IMG/VR virus record: IMGVR_UViG_3300020215_000016
Span: 1 to 45,379 of that record
Reading direction: 5' to 3' (one strand)
From: a virus
Length of the DNA: 45,379 nucleotides
The notes under the pieces were generated by a model that saw only the letters and a list, made by a program, of their open reading frames with translations, made no database searches and was not told where the DNA came from. Below, one piece after another: positions 1 to 9,325 of the stretch. Every line of letters begins with the position of its first letter. Position 1 is the first letter of the stretch. A program made the position numbers and the translations under genes.

Positions 1-127
1 AAGCACCCGCGGCGGTCGTCTTTGGGCGGCGAGTGACCGGACCTGGGCTATGGGGGCCGTCAGACGCATGGAGACGGCCCTGTGCGAGGCCGAGAGAGTA
101 GACGAACGGGAACGCCTGAACCCGGGC
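1..127. repeat. Terminal direct repeat, left copy (identical to 45253..45379)
   Basis: The first 127 bases are identical to the last 127 bases of the window, which implies a circular or terminally redundant 45,252-bp unit. Confidence 0.95.
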
Positions 128-138
128 GGGGAGTCCTA

Positions 139-2166
139 ATGTACCTGAGATTGGAACCGCCGCCCCAAGTCCTCGCCGATGCCCAGAAGGAAGTCCGCGA
201 GGTCGAGCAGTATTTCAAAGCCCGCAAGCTCGGCATTGGTAAGGGGAAGCGGGACAAGCTCGACAAGTGGATCAACCGCATGGTTGAGGCGTGGGAGTCT
301 GGCACTCCCGGGCTCCGAAAGGACCTGAAGGAACTCAACGACCTGCTAGAGGGCTTCGGGGAGAATGTTGACTTCCCGTTCGGATCGGGACAGTCCTCAA
401 GCATCGACATCCGCTATGCCGCTGCCAAGGCCCGCACTCTCAGGGCCTCGTTCGTTCAGGCGGTCTTCGCCGACCCAGGTCTCTTGGTTGCTGAGACCCT
501 GCCTGGCGCCCGCCGCGGGCCGCAGGACAACCTTGCCGAAGCCGCCGTCAACTGGACGGCCAGCAAGGAAACCAATGGTATCGAGACGCTGAAGGATACC
601 CCGGTTCCTGCCTTCCGGGACGGCACAGCGTTGGTCTATGGCGAGTGGGAACGCCGGATTGAGCGTGGCGTGGACTACCGCACTTATGAGAGCGTCGAGC
701 AGTTCACGGCCGACTATCCCACCGCGAAGGCCGCGGGCCTGACCAAAGAGAAATACAACGATGTCCTAGACGAGCTCGCCCAGCCTGACGAAGAACTCCA
801 CGTCGAGTTCAGCATGGACTTTGTGGCTCAGAACGGTCCCGCCTACACCATCTTCCCGCTGGCTAAGTTTATCTGGGGACCTCTGTCTGCCAAGGACCTG
901 CGCCTTTCGGCTGAAATCTACGGTTACTACTACACCCAGACAGCTCCGTCATTCGACGCTGCGGTGGCCTACAACTTCTACGACAAAGAGCAGGTCGAGC
1001 AGACCAAGAAGCGGTCAAGCTCTGACGTAGACGAGTGGGAACGTGGGCGGGACACGGTCGAGGGAATCACCAGCGACGAGCAGGACCGCGCCACCTACAA
1101 GATTGCCCGGCTTGTCGTCTCCTACGACTTAGACGACGACGATATCCCCGAGCGGTACATGGTCTACTGGGACATGGAGGGCAAGCGGTCTCTCCGGGTC
1201 GAGCAGTACGGGCTTTGGCGCAACACGCCCTGTATCGTTCCATTCCGACTGCTAAAGCGCGATGACCGCTTCCTTGGCGTCTCTCTTCTGCGCGACGGCC
1301 GGGACTTGTTCAGGGAACTGAATGCGTTACACCGACATCGGTCTAATACCAGGCGGTTGACCGATTCAGTCACCCTCATCATCCCTAAGGCGCTCAAAGA
1401 GGACGTTGACCTCGGAGCTGAGTACGCTGAGTTCAAGCCTGGCATGACGCTTTGGGTTCCCAACGACCTACACCCGGATAAGTACCCCAAGCAGCTACAG
1501 ATATACAACCTCTCGCGTTCGGGCGACAGCGTGGATGAAGAGGGGATGATTGTCCGCTACATCGACGGCCTCATTGGGGTCTCTGAGGGCCAGTCTGGAC
1601 GGGAATCGACAGGGGACCCGAACGCCCCAGCCTCTAAGACTCGGATGCTCCTGGCCCGCGCGGATCTCCGCGTAGAAGACTTGGTCGAGGAGTGGAAGCG
1701 GTCTATCCCTGACTTCGCCGATCTCCATGTGGCCCTCTATCTCGCCAACGCCAAGGCCAAGCTCAAGTTTATGGCCATGCACGGAGGAGAGTTGCGGGAG
1801 AGCGAGGTGGCGACTCAGGTCCTTGCTGACCCTCGCCGACGGTTTGGCCTCAAGGTCAGCCGCAACGTCTCCGCGCCTGAGATGGAGATGAACAAGCTCA
1901 TGGCCTTGGTCGCCGCGGCGTTCCAGCTGAGGTTCCCGGTCATGGCCAAGCCTCAGATGATAATCGAAATCTGGAACGACTACGTCACCGCCTCGCGCAT
2001 CGATCAGCCCGAGCGGTTCATGATCGAGGCCGGCGAGAACGGCCAGGCCACCATGGGCGGTCAGCCGGTTCAGGTGGATCAACTAGGACAACAACTACAG
2101 CAGATGGTCGCGCAGATGGAGATGCAGAAGCGCGGCGTCACATCATCGGGAGGGGCAACTAAGTGA
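139..2166 (+). CDS. Putative portal protein
   Basis: 676 aa. ATG at 139 overlaps the TAA of the junction-spanning ORF (TAATG). It is the large ORF between the terL cluster and the scaffold gene. The call rests on size and position, with no motif confirmed. Confidence 0.6.
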   Translation: MYLRLEPPPQVLADAQKEVREVEQYFKARKLGIGKGKRDKLDKWINRMVEAWESGTPGLRKDLKELNDLLEGFGENVDFPFGSGQSSSIDIRYAAAKARTLRASFVQAVFADPGLLVAETLPGARRGPQDNLAEAAVNWTASKETNGIETLKDTPVPAFRDGTALVYGEWERRIERGVDYRTYESVEQFTADYPTAKAAGLTKEKYNDVLDELAQPDEELHVEFSMDFVAQNGPAYTIFPLAKFIWGPLSAKDLRLSAEIYGYYYTQTAPSFDAAVAYNFYDKEQVEQTKKRSSSDVDEWERGRDTVEGITSDEQDRATYKIARLVVSYDLDDDDIPERYMVYWDMEGKRSLRVEQYGLWRNTPCIVPFRLLKRDDRFLGVSLLRDGRDLFRELNALHRHRSNTRRLTDSVTLIIPKALKEDVDLGAEYAEFKPGMTLWVPNDLHPDKYPKQLQIYNLSRSGDSVDEEGMIVRYIDGLIGVSEGQSGRESTGDPNAPASKTRMLLARADLRVEDLVEEWKRSIPDFADLHVALYLANAKAKLKFMAMHGGELRESEVATQVLADPRRRFGLKVSRNVSAPEMEMNKLMALVAAAFQLRFPVMAKPQMIIEIWNDYVTASRIDQPERFMIEAGENGQATMGGQPVQVDQLGQQLQQMVAQMEMQKRGVTSSGGATK

Positions 2167-2546
2167 TCACAGAGCAGAACGCGATGGATGTCAGAGACGC
2201 ACGGGCCGCTATTAAGGCGCACAAGGAGCGCATCAAGCGCCTTAGGTCTTTGGACGCTGGCGCGGGCGGGGAGTTCTGGGACGCCTTGAAGGGTGAGCTT
2301 GAAGCCAGCATTAAGACGTTGGACTTCAATAAAGAAGAACTTGAGATGCAGACGGTTGAAAATAGGGACGCTGAATTCATCAAGATCAAGACTTTGGCCG
2401 CCGAGAAGAAGGCCATGCGCGGCATCATCTACAACGTCACCGACGCAAGGCAGAAGATCGACGCTTTGAATCACAAAATCGGGATGCTCACAAAGCAGAT
2501 CGAGGACATTGAGTCGGGGAAGGCAACTAAGGGGGGTATCGTATGA
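2163..2546 (+). CDS. Hypothetical coiled-coil head-module protein
   Basis: GTGA overlap with the portal stop. 127 aa, charged and heptad-like sequence. Confidence 0.6.
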   Translation: MITEQNAMDVRDARAAIKAHKERIKRLRSLDAGAGGEFWDALKGELEASIKTLDFNKEELEMQTVENRDAEFIKIKTLAAEKKAMRGIIYNVTDARQKIDALNHKIGMLTKQIEDIESGKATKGGIV

Positions 2547-3325
2547 CACTCAAGCTCAAGCCGCAGGAAGACGGGAAGGAAGCTGAGGCCGCGGAGGAAG
2601 TCGAGACTGGCAAAGAGGGAGAGGCCAAGCCTGAGGCAGTCGTCGATACCGAAAAGGAGACTCTGAAGGCCGAGAAGGAGCGGCTAGAGCGCGAGAACGA
2701 GGAACTGCGGACCCGCAGCACGGCCCAGCCCCGCATCACCGCCGCCCAGCTTAAGGCCATGTCTGAGGCGGAGCGCGAGCAGGTCGAGAAGACGACGGGT
2801 CTGCCCTTCGATCAGGTCGTCTCCCGCGTCGAGGCGCAGGAGATCGGCGAGTCCCAAAAGCGCGAGATTTCCCGCAACGCCCGCGAGAACGTCCGGGATG
2901 CCATCGAGGACGCCACGGAGCGGGACCCGCAAATCGGCAAGCTCAAGTCCGGGATCAAGGAGTACCTTGAGGACATCAGCGACGAAGTGAAGTCCGACCC
3001 CAAGCGGCTCAAGGCTGTCATGGCCAAGGCCATCACCTACGCCCGCGGCAAGGTGGGGCCGACCCGCGAACCCGCCCGCGAGCCGAGCGGCCGAGTCCGG
3101 ATTCCCAAGCCCAACGATGAGGCCCCGTACTTTGAGGACACCGACGAGGACAATCCGAAGGCGGGGAAGATTAAGCCCGGCACCTACCGCCTCAACGACG
3201 ACTTCAAGGTGGAGATTCAAGACTTGATCCCGAAAGAGAAGCGGGACAAGTTCAAGCACCCCGAGCATCCGACCGGCGTCCGGGTGGCCCAGGACTTTGA
3301 CGAAGCCCCCAAGTTCCGGCGATGA
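2543..3325 (+). CDS. Putative scaffolding protein
   Basis: ATGA overlap. 260 aa, very Glu/Lys-rich helical protein located between portal and capsid genes. Confidence 0.6.
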   Translation: MTLKLKPQEDGKEAEAAEEVETGKEGEAKPEAVVDTEKETLKAEKERLERENEELRTRSTAQPRITAAQLKAMSEAEREQVEKTTGLPFDQVVSRVEAQEIGESQKREISRNARENVRDAIEDATERDPQIGKLKSGIKEYLEDISDEVKSDPKRLKAVMAKAITYARGKVGPTREPAREPSGRVRIPKPNDEAPYFEDTDEDNPKAGKIKPGTYRLNDDFKVEIQDLIPKEKRDKFKHPEHPTGVRVAQDFDEAPKFRR

Positions 3326-3840
3326 TCAACAGGCAGGGCGTACTACTCTCGTGCGCCCTGCCTTTGCTTTCCGGCTGTGCGACCCAGCGAGACTTCCTTC
3401 GGCACAAGGAAATTGACGAGCGCGTCGTTGAGGTCACAAGCCAGGCCATGGTGGCGCTTCAGAATCAAATCACCAGGGGCGAGAAGAACCTGAAGGAACT
3501 GGCCGACCGCGTCACGCGCCTTGAATACATTAAACGCGAGAGCGATGCCGACGGGATGGAGGATTTAAGTGCTGAGTCGCAGCAGAGCGTGGACGCTGCC
3601 TTATGCAGGTCGGGTTATTCTCTGGCCTGCGAGAGCGCGAATGGAAAGACCAACAGATACGCCGCCGCGGGCAAGCGAGCAGCCGCCAAGACCAGCGCCG
3701 AATTCTCCAAGAAGATGGCCGATGACGCTGAGTTCGACAGACTTCTCGACGAGGTTCAGCGGGATCTAGACAAGAAGCTAAAGCCGAGAGTCAAAGCCCA
3801 GGCCCATTGCGATAAGAGCGGGCCAGGATGTCACCCATGA
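3322..3840 (+). CDS. Lipoprotein, function unknown
   Basis: ATGA overlap. The N-terminus MINRQGVLLSCALPLLSGCATQ has a canonical lipobox (LSGC). Confidence 0.65.
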   Translation: MINRQGVLLSCALPLLSGCATQRDFLRHKEIDERVVEVTSQAMVALQNQITRGEKNLKELADRVTRLEYIKRESDADGMEDLSAESQQSVDAALCRSGYSLACESANGKTNRYAAAGKRAAAKTSAEFSKKMADDAEFDRLLDEVQRDLDKKLKPRVKAQAHCDKSGPGCHP

Positions 3841-3904
3841 AAACCGGGCCAAACTGGCCGTACTTTCAGCGTGACGATTTTTCTGCGGCTGGTAAACTCT
3901 AATC

Positions 3905-4276
3905 ATGTTCCGACCCTGGTTCCCGACCGCGACCGCAGGTAGCGGCCGCATTCGTGCGAACAGCGCCAATGACGGTGCGGGCCAGGGACGCGGTGGCCGC
4001 AAGCGGATTGGCTCTTGCCAGCACTGCGGCATGAGGCAGGACTTCCGCGCCATCGACCTGTCTGGCGGCGACCTGACTGGAAACGGAAGCCGCGGCGCGA
4101 TCACCAAGACTACCGTCACTGGCACGACTTCGGCCGGTGCCTCGATTTCGGATACGTTCGGCAACGCGATCAATCGCAGGGGCGCAGGTTGTGCCCTTTG
4201 TGGATCGAAGAACGCCGCCAGGCAAAAGTCGTACTTGGGTCGCCTCGGTTCTTCAAACCGCGGCCCCGGCATCTAG
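3905..4276 (+). CDS. Hypothetical Gly-rich protein with two CxxCG pairs
   Basis: 123-aa ORF with fairly high third-position GC. It contains CQHCG and CALCG. No obvious RBS. Confidence 0.4.
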   Translation: MFRPWFPTATAGSGRIRANSANDGAGQGRGGRKRIGSCQHCGMRQDFRAIDLSGGDLTGNGSRGAITKTTVTGTTSAGASISDTFGNAINRRGAGCALCGSKNAARQKSYLGRLGSSNRGPGI

Positions 4277-4370
4277 CTCCGTAGTACACGCCTAAGGTTA
4301 CTCACCTCGGCCAGGGGTAAGCCCCTCGGTCAGCGGATCATACCGCCGATAACCTTGCAGGAGGCGTACT

Positions 4371-5108
4371 ATGGAAATCATCCGCAACCGCCCTTCCCGG
4401 GCGCAGGCTCTTCCCATCGACGGCGCGGGCTCCGACATCCAGGCCGGCGCCGTGATCATGCCCGGCGTCACGGACGAGACCGATCGCTCCGTTTTTATCA
4501 AGGCCACGAGTGCGGGTGCCGATTCCTTCGGCCTCTTGGCTGAGCTCCACGACACCAGCGTTTCGGGCGATGCCGACCCCGAGGCCGGCACGATCTACCC
4601 GCTGCGCCAGATCGTTCCCTTCCTGCCTGGCTGCGAAGTCGCGGCTGAGATGGCAATCGACACCAGCAATGACGTGGATGTCGCCTCTGCCACGTCCACG
4701 GTCATCACGGTCACGTCCTTAGAGGACGACATCGAGGGCTCGTGGATTTACGTTTCTTCCGGCACTGGAGTCGGCCAGGTCGGCTACATCAAGGCGTCGG
4801 CCTCTGGCAGCTTCACGCTCAAGAGCGCCATGACGACGACCTTGGACAACACGTCCAAGCTGATCATCATGCGCCCGCTGTGCTGGCAGCTCGTCGAGCT
4901 GGACAGCACGGCCACCAAGATCAAGTCCACCGCCGCCGCAGGCAATCTCCCGTGGCGCGTCCTGGCCAACGAGATCAAGATCCCCGGTTCTGAGCTTTGG
5001 GTGCCGCTCGACCCGACGAAGCACCACAACCTGCAACTGGGCTCTGCGGTCCCTGGACTGCGGCAGATCCTCGTGCCGGCCAACACCTTCCACAACCCGC
5101 TCGACTAA
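4371..5108 (+). CDS. Hypothetical head-associated protein
   Basis: RBS gcaggagg lies upstream of the ATG. 245 aa, immediately upstream of the capsid gene. Confidence 0.7.
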   Translation: MEIIRNRPSRAQALPIDGAGSDIQAGAVIMPGVTDETDRSVFIKATSAGADSFGLLAELHDTSVSGDADPEAGTIYPLRQIVPFLPGCEVAAEMAIDTSNDVDVASATSTVITVTSLEDDIEGSWIYVSSGTGVGQVGYIKASASGSFTLKSAMTTTLDNTSKLIIMRPLCWQLVELDSTATKIKSTAAAGNLPWRVLANEIKIPGSELWVPLDPTKHHNLQLGSAVPGLRQILVPANTFHNPLD

Positions 5109-5142
5109 GCGAACGCACCGAGAGAACGATTAAGGAGACCCT

Positions 5143-6042
5143 ATGCCCAACCCGATGAACCAGGCGAACTTCAGCTACTTCGTCCAGAAAGACCTCTCGG
5201 AGCATTTCGCCCAGGAGTACGGGGATTTTACGTCCATGATCCCGGCTCTGGCCGACATGAAGAAGCCTGACCAGGCCATCGTGTACCTGGCCCTGGTCTC
5301 AGACCTCGGCAGCGTCGGCGTCTTCGACGGCGAGGTGGCCTACGACGATGCGAAGCAGAGCTATCGCAAGTCGGTCGAAGAGGTCGAGTACGCGATGGGC
5401 CTCAAGACCACGAAGAAGCTACGCCGCAACGACCTCTACGGCATCGTTCAGGAGCAGGTGCGCTTGATGGCCCAGCGGTTCCGCTCCGCCCGCGAGGGCC
5501 TGGCGGCTGGCGTCCTCAACGGCGCCTTCTCGACGACGACCACGGCTGACGGCTTGAGCCTCTGCAACACGGCTCACACGTCCGACCAGGGCGGTTCGAA
5601 CCAGGGCAACAGCGGCACCACGGCCTTCTCGCCGGCCGCTGTCGAGGCCACGCGCCGGCTCATGATCAAGTTCAAGACGAACCGGGACAACATCCAGGCG
5701 GCCACGTTCCCGGACACGCTGATCCTGCCGACGGAGCTGGAGGAGAAGGGCTACGAGCTAATCAAGTCCAAGGGCAAGGTGGACACGGCGCTCAACAATC
5801 CCAACTTCCACGAGGGCAAGTACAAGATGGCCGTTTGGCACAACTGGCTGTCCGACGCGGACAACTGGTTCATGGCCAACTCCAAGCAACTCAAGCGGTT
5901 CTGGCGCTGGTACGACTGGAACCCGGTTGAGTTCTTCTTCGCGGGCGAGGTGGACACCATGGTCACCAAGCACGTCGGCTACATGTCCGTGAACACCGCC
6001 GTCGTCGATTGGCGCGGCATCTACGGACACTCGGTCTCCTAA
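5143..6042 (+). CDS. Putative major capsid protein
   Basis: Strong RBS taaggag. 299 aa with very high GC3. Position and size are typical of an HK97-fold capsid protein. Confidence 0.65.
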   Translation: MPNPMNQANFSYFVQKDLSEHFAQEYGDFTSMIPALADMKKPDQAIVYLALVSDLGSVGVFDGEVAYDDAKQSYRKSVEEVEYAMGLKTTKKLRRNDLYGIVQEQVRLMAQRFRSAREGLAAGVLNGAFSTTTTADGLSLCNTAHTSDQGGSNQGNSGTTAFSPAAVEATRRLMIKFKTNRDNIQAATFPDTLILPTELEEKGYELIKSKGKVDTALNNPNFHEGKYKMAVWHNWLSDADNWFMANSKQLKRFWRWYDWNPVEFFFAGEVDTMVTKHVGYMSVNTAVVDWRGIYGHSVS

Positions 6043-6082
6043 GGGAGACCGCACATCAATAGGTCAATCAAGGGGGGCCGCA

Positions 6083-6649
6083 ATGCCTAGGTTAAAGACG
6101 CCTGTACGCAAGCTGCCGTTGCTGTCGGTGAGGGAAGTCGAGGACCTGAATAAGCAGATCGGACAAGACCAGGCATACCTCGACCAACTCAACGGGACGC
6201 CGAAGGACGCGGAGGGAGCGGCTGCTGAAGCCCACCTCGCCGCGGCTGAGGTGGCCGATGTCAGCACCGACTCCGTAGAGAAGCGCATCGAGAGAAGCAA
6301 GCGGGCTCTACGGGCGATGGACCCGGCGAATCAGAAGATCACCGGGGCCGAGAGACAGCGAGCGGAGAAGCGGTACTTCGACCTGAAGGAGCGGCTGGTG
6401 CCGAGGATGCTGACGAAGGAACAGCAGAACTTCTTTCCGTCAGCGACGGACGCCTTGAAAGACCAAGCGTACCAGAAGGCGGTAGAGCGGGCGCAGTCGA
6501 AGGATGGCGAGTTCAGCGACGACTTCATATCGATGGCGCATGAGTTTAAGCGGCTGGCAAGGCTGCTTTGGCCGGAAGACCCGCAGAAGTGCAACTTGGA
6601 ATTCATCCGGCCGAGCGGCGAAGGCTCGGGCCGGCACTTTAAGAAGTAG
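6083..6649 (+). CDS. Hypothetical virion-module protein
   Basis: RBS aagggggg. 188-aa helical, charged protein. Confidence 0.65.
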   Translation: MPRLKTPVRKLPLLSVREVEDLNKQIGQDQAYLDQLNGTPKDAEGAAAEAHLAAAEVADVSTDSVEKRIERSKRALRAMDPANQKITGAERQRAEKRYFDLKERLVPRMLTKEQQNFFPSATDALKDQAYQKAVERAQSKDGEFSDDFISMAHEFKRLARLLWPEDPQKCNLEFIRPSGEGSGRHFKK

Positions 6650-6658
6650 GGGGAGAGC

Positions 6659-7102
6659 ATGACGAAGTTCCTGAAGAAGTTGGGTGCGCTGACCGCGGCC
6701 CTCTTGATCGTGTGCGTTGCCCTGAATCCTGCCACGGCTCGCGTCACTGGGGCCAGCGCCACGGATGCGGACGTCTTCTGCTCCGGGAACGGGGCCAACG
6801 AGGTCTGCATCGACAAGGACGGCAACTTGGTCCCCACCACGGCCTCGGGCGGCGACCTGGGCACCTCGGCTCTGCCGTTCGGCACGGTCTACACGGGAGC
6901 CCTATCGGCCACCGGCACTCTGACCCTGGCTTCCGGCGCCATCGACACGGCCAAGATCGGTTTTCAGGCAGTGGACACGCGGAAGATGCTGATCCGCGGG
7001 AACATCGACACGGTGAAGATCCTCTGCGTCGATAGCCACGCCAACTCGATCGGCTTCTACAGCATCGTGACTGGGGCCTGCTCGGCGACGGCGGTTCCTT
7101 AA
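6659..7102 (+). CDS. Small fibre-like protein with an N-terminal signal peptide
   Basis: MTKFLKKLGALTAALLIVCVALNPATA is followed by the fibre-like string DLGTSALPFGTVYTGAL. RBS gggggag. Confidence 0.65.
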   Translation: MTKFLKKLGALTAALLIVCVALNPATARVTGASATDADVFCSGNGANEVCIDKDGNLVPTTASGGDLGTSALPFGTVYTGALSATGTLTLASGAIDTAKIGFQAVDTRKMLIRGNIDTVKILCVDSHANSIGFYSIVTGACSATAVP

Positions 7103-7109
7103 ATCGAGC

Positions 7110-7484
7110 ATGAGACTGCTCTACGCGGTCTTGCTTCTGGCGAGCCTGGCCGGAAAGGTCCAGGCGCAGCAGCACGTCTATGAGACGGCGCTCGGTGATG
7201 GGTCTGTGACCAACTTCCTGGTCACGACCTCGACCGTCAATGTGGACTCCAGCACCCGCACTCTTAACTCGCGGTTCACGATGGAGATTTACAACGACGA
7301 CTCCGCGAATCCGGCGTGGTGCGCCTTCACCCTGAACGTCTCGACGATCCCAGGTAACGCGAACTACGGCCGGAAAATTCCGGCTGGCACGCCTTGGGTT
7401 CTTGCGATCCCTGACGCCGTGAAAGTCTGGTGCCGCTCCGCAGTCGCCGCGGGCGTGAGACTCGTGCTGACTCAGCTTCGGTAG
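7110..7484 (+). CDS. Small secreted protein
   Basis: MRLLYAVLLLASLAGKVQA-QQ looks like a Sec signal. 124 aa. Confidence 0.6.
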   Translation: MRLLYAVLLLASLAGKVQAQQHVYETALGDGSVTNFLVTTSTVNVDSSTRTLNSRFTMEIYNDDSANPAWCAFTLNVSTIPGNANYGRKIPAGTPWVLAIPDAVKVWCRSAVAAGVRLVLTQLR

Positions 7485-7492
7485 GAGGCCTC

Positions 7493-8011
7493 GTGTATCG
7501 ACTCGCCGCCCTGATCCTCCTGACCAGCAGCAACGCCTTTGCCCTGGGCGGTGGGGCTATCGACTCAGAGGGATTGATTGGCGCTCTCTCTGTCGGCACC
7601 TCTCAAATAGCAGCGGGATCAATCGACTCAACGAAGCTCGGCAATGGCGTCAACCCGCCCGGTGGACTCTCTGGCCCGCTGACGATTAACGGAGAGGTTA
7701 CGTTCTCAAGCGGCACGGCCAAGAGCGTGTTTGGGCACGTCGTCCTCCCCAGCCAATCGACTTTCACTCTGACCGGCGTCGGGAGCGCGGGGCTTTTCAC
7801 GTTCACCTCGGGGTCGGACGGTTGCGCCTGCGGCTTCTCTATCGAGGGCTCGGCCAATACGAGCCGCGAGCTGTACGACGGCGGCGGGCGCTGCACGACC
7901 GCAAGCACAAACGGGAGCTGCAACGTCATCTCCCTGGGCGGCGGTGCCTATGGCCTTTTTAGCGGCCGTGCCGGGACCATCACCTACACCTATCAGTTCT
8001 TGGGGTTCTGA
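7493..8011 (+). CDS. Small fibre-like protein with an N-terminal signal peptide
   Basis: GTG at 7493 lies 5 nt after taggagg. VYRLAALILLTSSNAFA-LGG is signal-like. It also carries IAAGSIDSTKLGNGV-type fibre repeats. The track start at 7430 overlaps the upstream gene. Confidence 0.6.
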   Translation: MYRLAALILLTSSNAFALGGGAIDSEGLIGALSVGTSQIAAGSIDSTKLGNGVNPPGGLSGPLTINGEVTFSSGTAKSVFGHVVLPSQSTFTLTGVGSAGLFTFTSGSDGCACGFSIEGSANTSRELYDGGGRCTTASTNGSCNVISLGGGAYGLFSGRAGTITYTYQFLGF

Positions 8012-8133
8012 TGCGGACAGCAAAAGGCCGCCTTGTCGGGGTAGCAATCGTCGGCCTAGGCCTGCTGACCCTCTCTGTCTCCTGCTCGGAAAACACTGTC
8101 ACATCCGAGCAGTCTGAGGAATTGGTGCCGTGA
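8011..8133 (+). CDS. 40-aa lipoprotein-like peptide
   Basis: TGATG overlap upstream and GTGA overlap downstream. Sequence MRTAKGRLVGVAIVGLGLLTLSVSCSEN... It is below the track length cut-off. Confidence 0.4.
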   Translation: MRTAKGRLVGVAIVGLGLLTLSVSCSENTVTSEQSEELVP

Positions 8134-8585
8134 GCATCTTTCGCGTGATCTTTGGCGGCGGATTCGCCGATGGCGCCCGGCGTCTCAGCTCCAAAGAGGT
8201 GGAGGCAATGATTCGGGCCAAGGTTCCCACCGACCTGGACACCAAGCTTAACCTTGCCGACGAGTCTTACCTTGCCCTAGAGGAAGGCCGTCTCTCCGAT
8301 TTGATCGCTAAGACCGTCCGGACACCGAGCATTCGCTATCACCGCGAATTCCCGGACTGCGACGACTTCGCCGAGATCGCCAAGGCTCAGGTGCTTTTGG
8401 GGGCCATCAACGCCCGGCTTGATCTCGCTCCCTGCTTCTTCGTGGTCGTTTACGAGTGCCAAACCGGGAAGCTGCATGCGGCAAATATCACTCTGGACGC
8501 ATCCGGGGATGTCTGTCTGTACGAGCCGCAGGCTGGAGAGTTCAAGCCGCTGTCGGACATCGAGTACGTCGTGCGGGTCGGATGA
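8130..8585 (+). CDS. Hypothetical protein with a possible transglutaminase/papain-like Cys-His fold
   Basis: 151 aa. The strings PDCDDFAEIA ... KLHAANI ... LYEPQAG resemble a Cys-His-acid triad arrangement. Confidence 0.55.
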   Translation: MSIFRVIFGGGFADGARRLSSKEVEAMIRAKVPTDLDTKLNLADESYLALEEGRLSDLIAKTVRTPSIRYHREFPDCDDFAEIAKAQVLLGAINARLDLAPCFFVVVYECQTGKLHAANITLDASGDVCLYEPQAGEFKPLSDIEYVVRVG

Positions 8586-8605
8586 GCAGGGGGAGGTAAT
8601 GAACG

Positions 8606-9325
8606 GTGGGGGATTTCTCGCGCAAACTTAGACTTGCCTTCCTGTTTTCCATCGGGCTCCTCTGCCATTCCCAGGCGGGAGCCCTCACTCTTTCCGAGGT
8701 ACGCACCGAAGCCCGCCAGCTCGATCTAGATACCGGAACGTCACGCCGCCGGTTCTCTGACGCCAGGATAAATGCGTGGATCAACGAAGCCCACCGCCTA
8801 GCGATTCTGGAGGCGCGGCCCATCGTCAGGTCTGGGGAGATCCAGCTTGCCATAGGCACGACCTACTACAACCTCCCGTCCGACTTCTTGTCGATGAGCC
8901 GGGTCAGCCTAGACTACGACCAGCTCTACGAGATCACCCCGGAAGCCCTGGACAAGGAGTCCCGCTGGCCTACGGTGGGCGCTCTGCCGACTCATTACCT
9001 GATCGACTTCGCCTCGCGGACGAAGGTCGGCGTGTATCCATACCCCAGCGACTCCTCTAGCACCGGGACCCTGAGGTACCAGTATTTCGCCCAGGCCACG
9101 GACCTCTCCGCTGACTCGGACGTTCCGTTCAACAATCTAACGGAACTCAAGCCCTATCACTACCGCCTGGCCTACTACGCCGCGGCACAAATGGCGGCCA
9201 TCGACGGCAAAGGCGCTCTGGCGATGTTCTACTTCTCGCAGTTCCGTTCGATGGTGGAACAGCTAAAGACGATGGCGAAGGACCGCCCTTCTTACCGGCC
9301 TGCGGCCATCGGGAGGCGGGAGTGA
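8606..9325 (+). CDS. Putative head-tail adaptor / tail tubular A-like protein with a signal-like N-terminus
   Basis: 239 aa directly upstream of, and GTGA-coupled to, the 919-aa ORF. This mirrors the gp11/gp12-like order of podoviruses. N-terminus: MGDFSRKLRLAFLFSIGLLCHSQA. Confidence 0.5.
   Translation: MGDFSRKLRLAFLFSIGLLCHSQAGALTLSEVRTEARQLDLDTGTSRRRFSDARINAWINEAHRLAILEARPIVRSGEIQLAIGTTYYNLPSDFLSMSRVSLDYDQLYEITPEALDKESRWPTVGALPTHYLIDFASRTKVGVYPYPSDSSSTGTLRYQYFAQATDLSADSDVPFNNLTELKPYHYRLAYYAAAQMAAIDGKGALAMFYFSQFRSMVEQLKTMAKDRPSYRPAAIGRRE

Noticed and set aside
82-138. Track start (position 82) for the portal ORF.
   Set aside because: Codons 82-138 are the 3' end region of the junction-spanning ORF read in another frame. 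The ATG at 139 overlaps that ORF's TAA (TAATG), matching the coupling seen throughout the genome.
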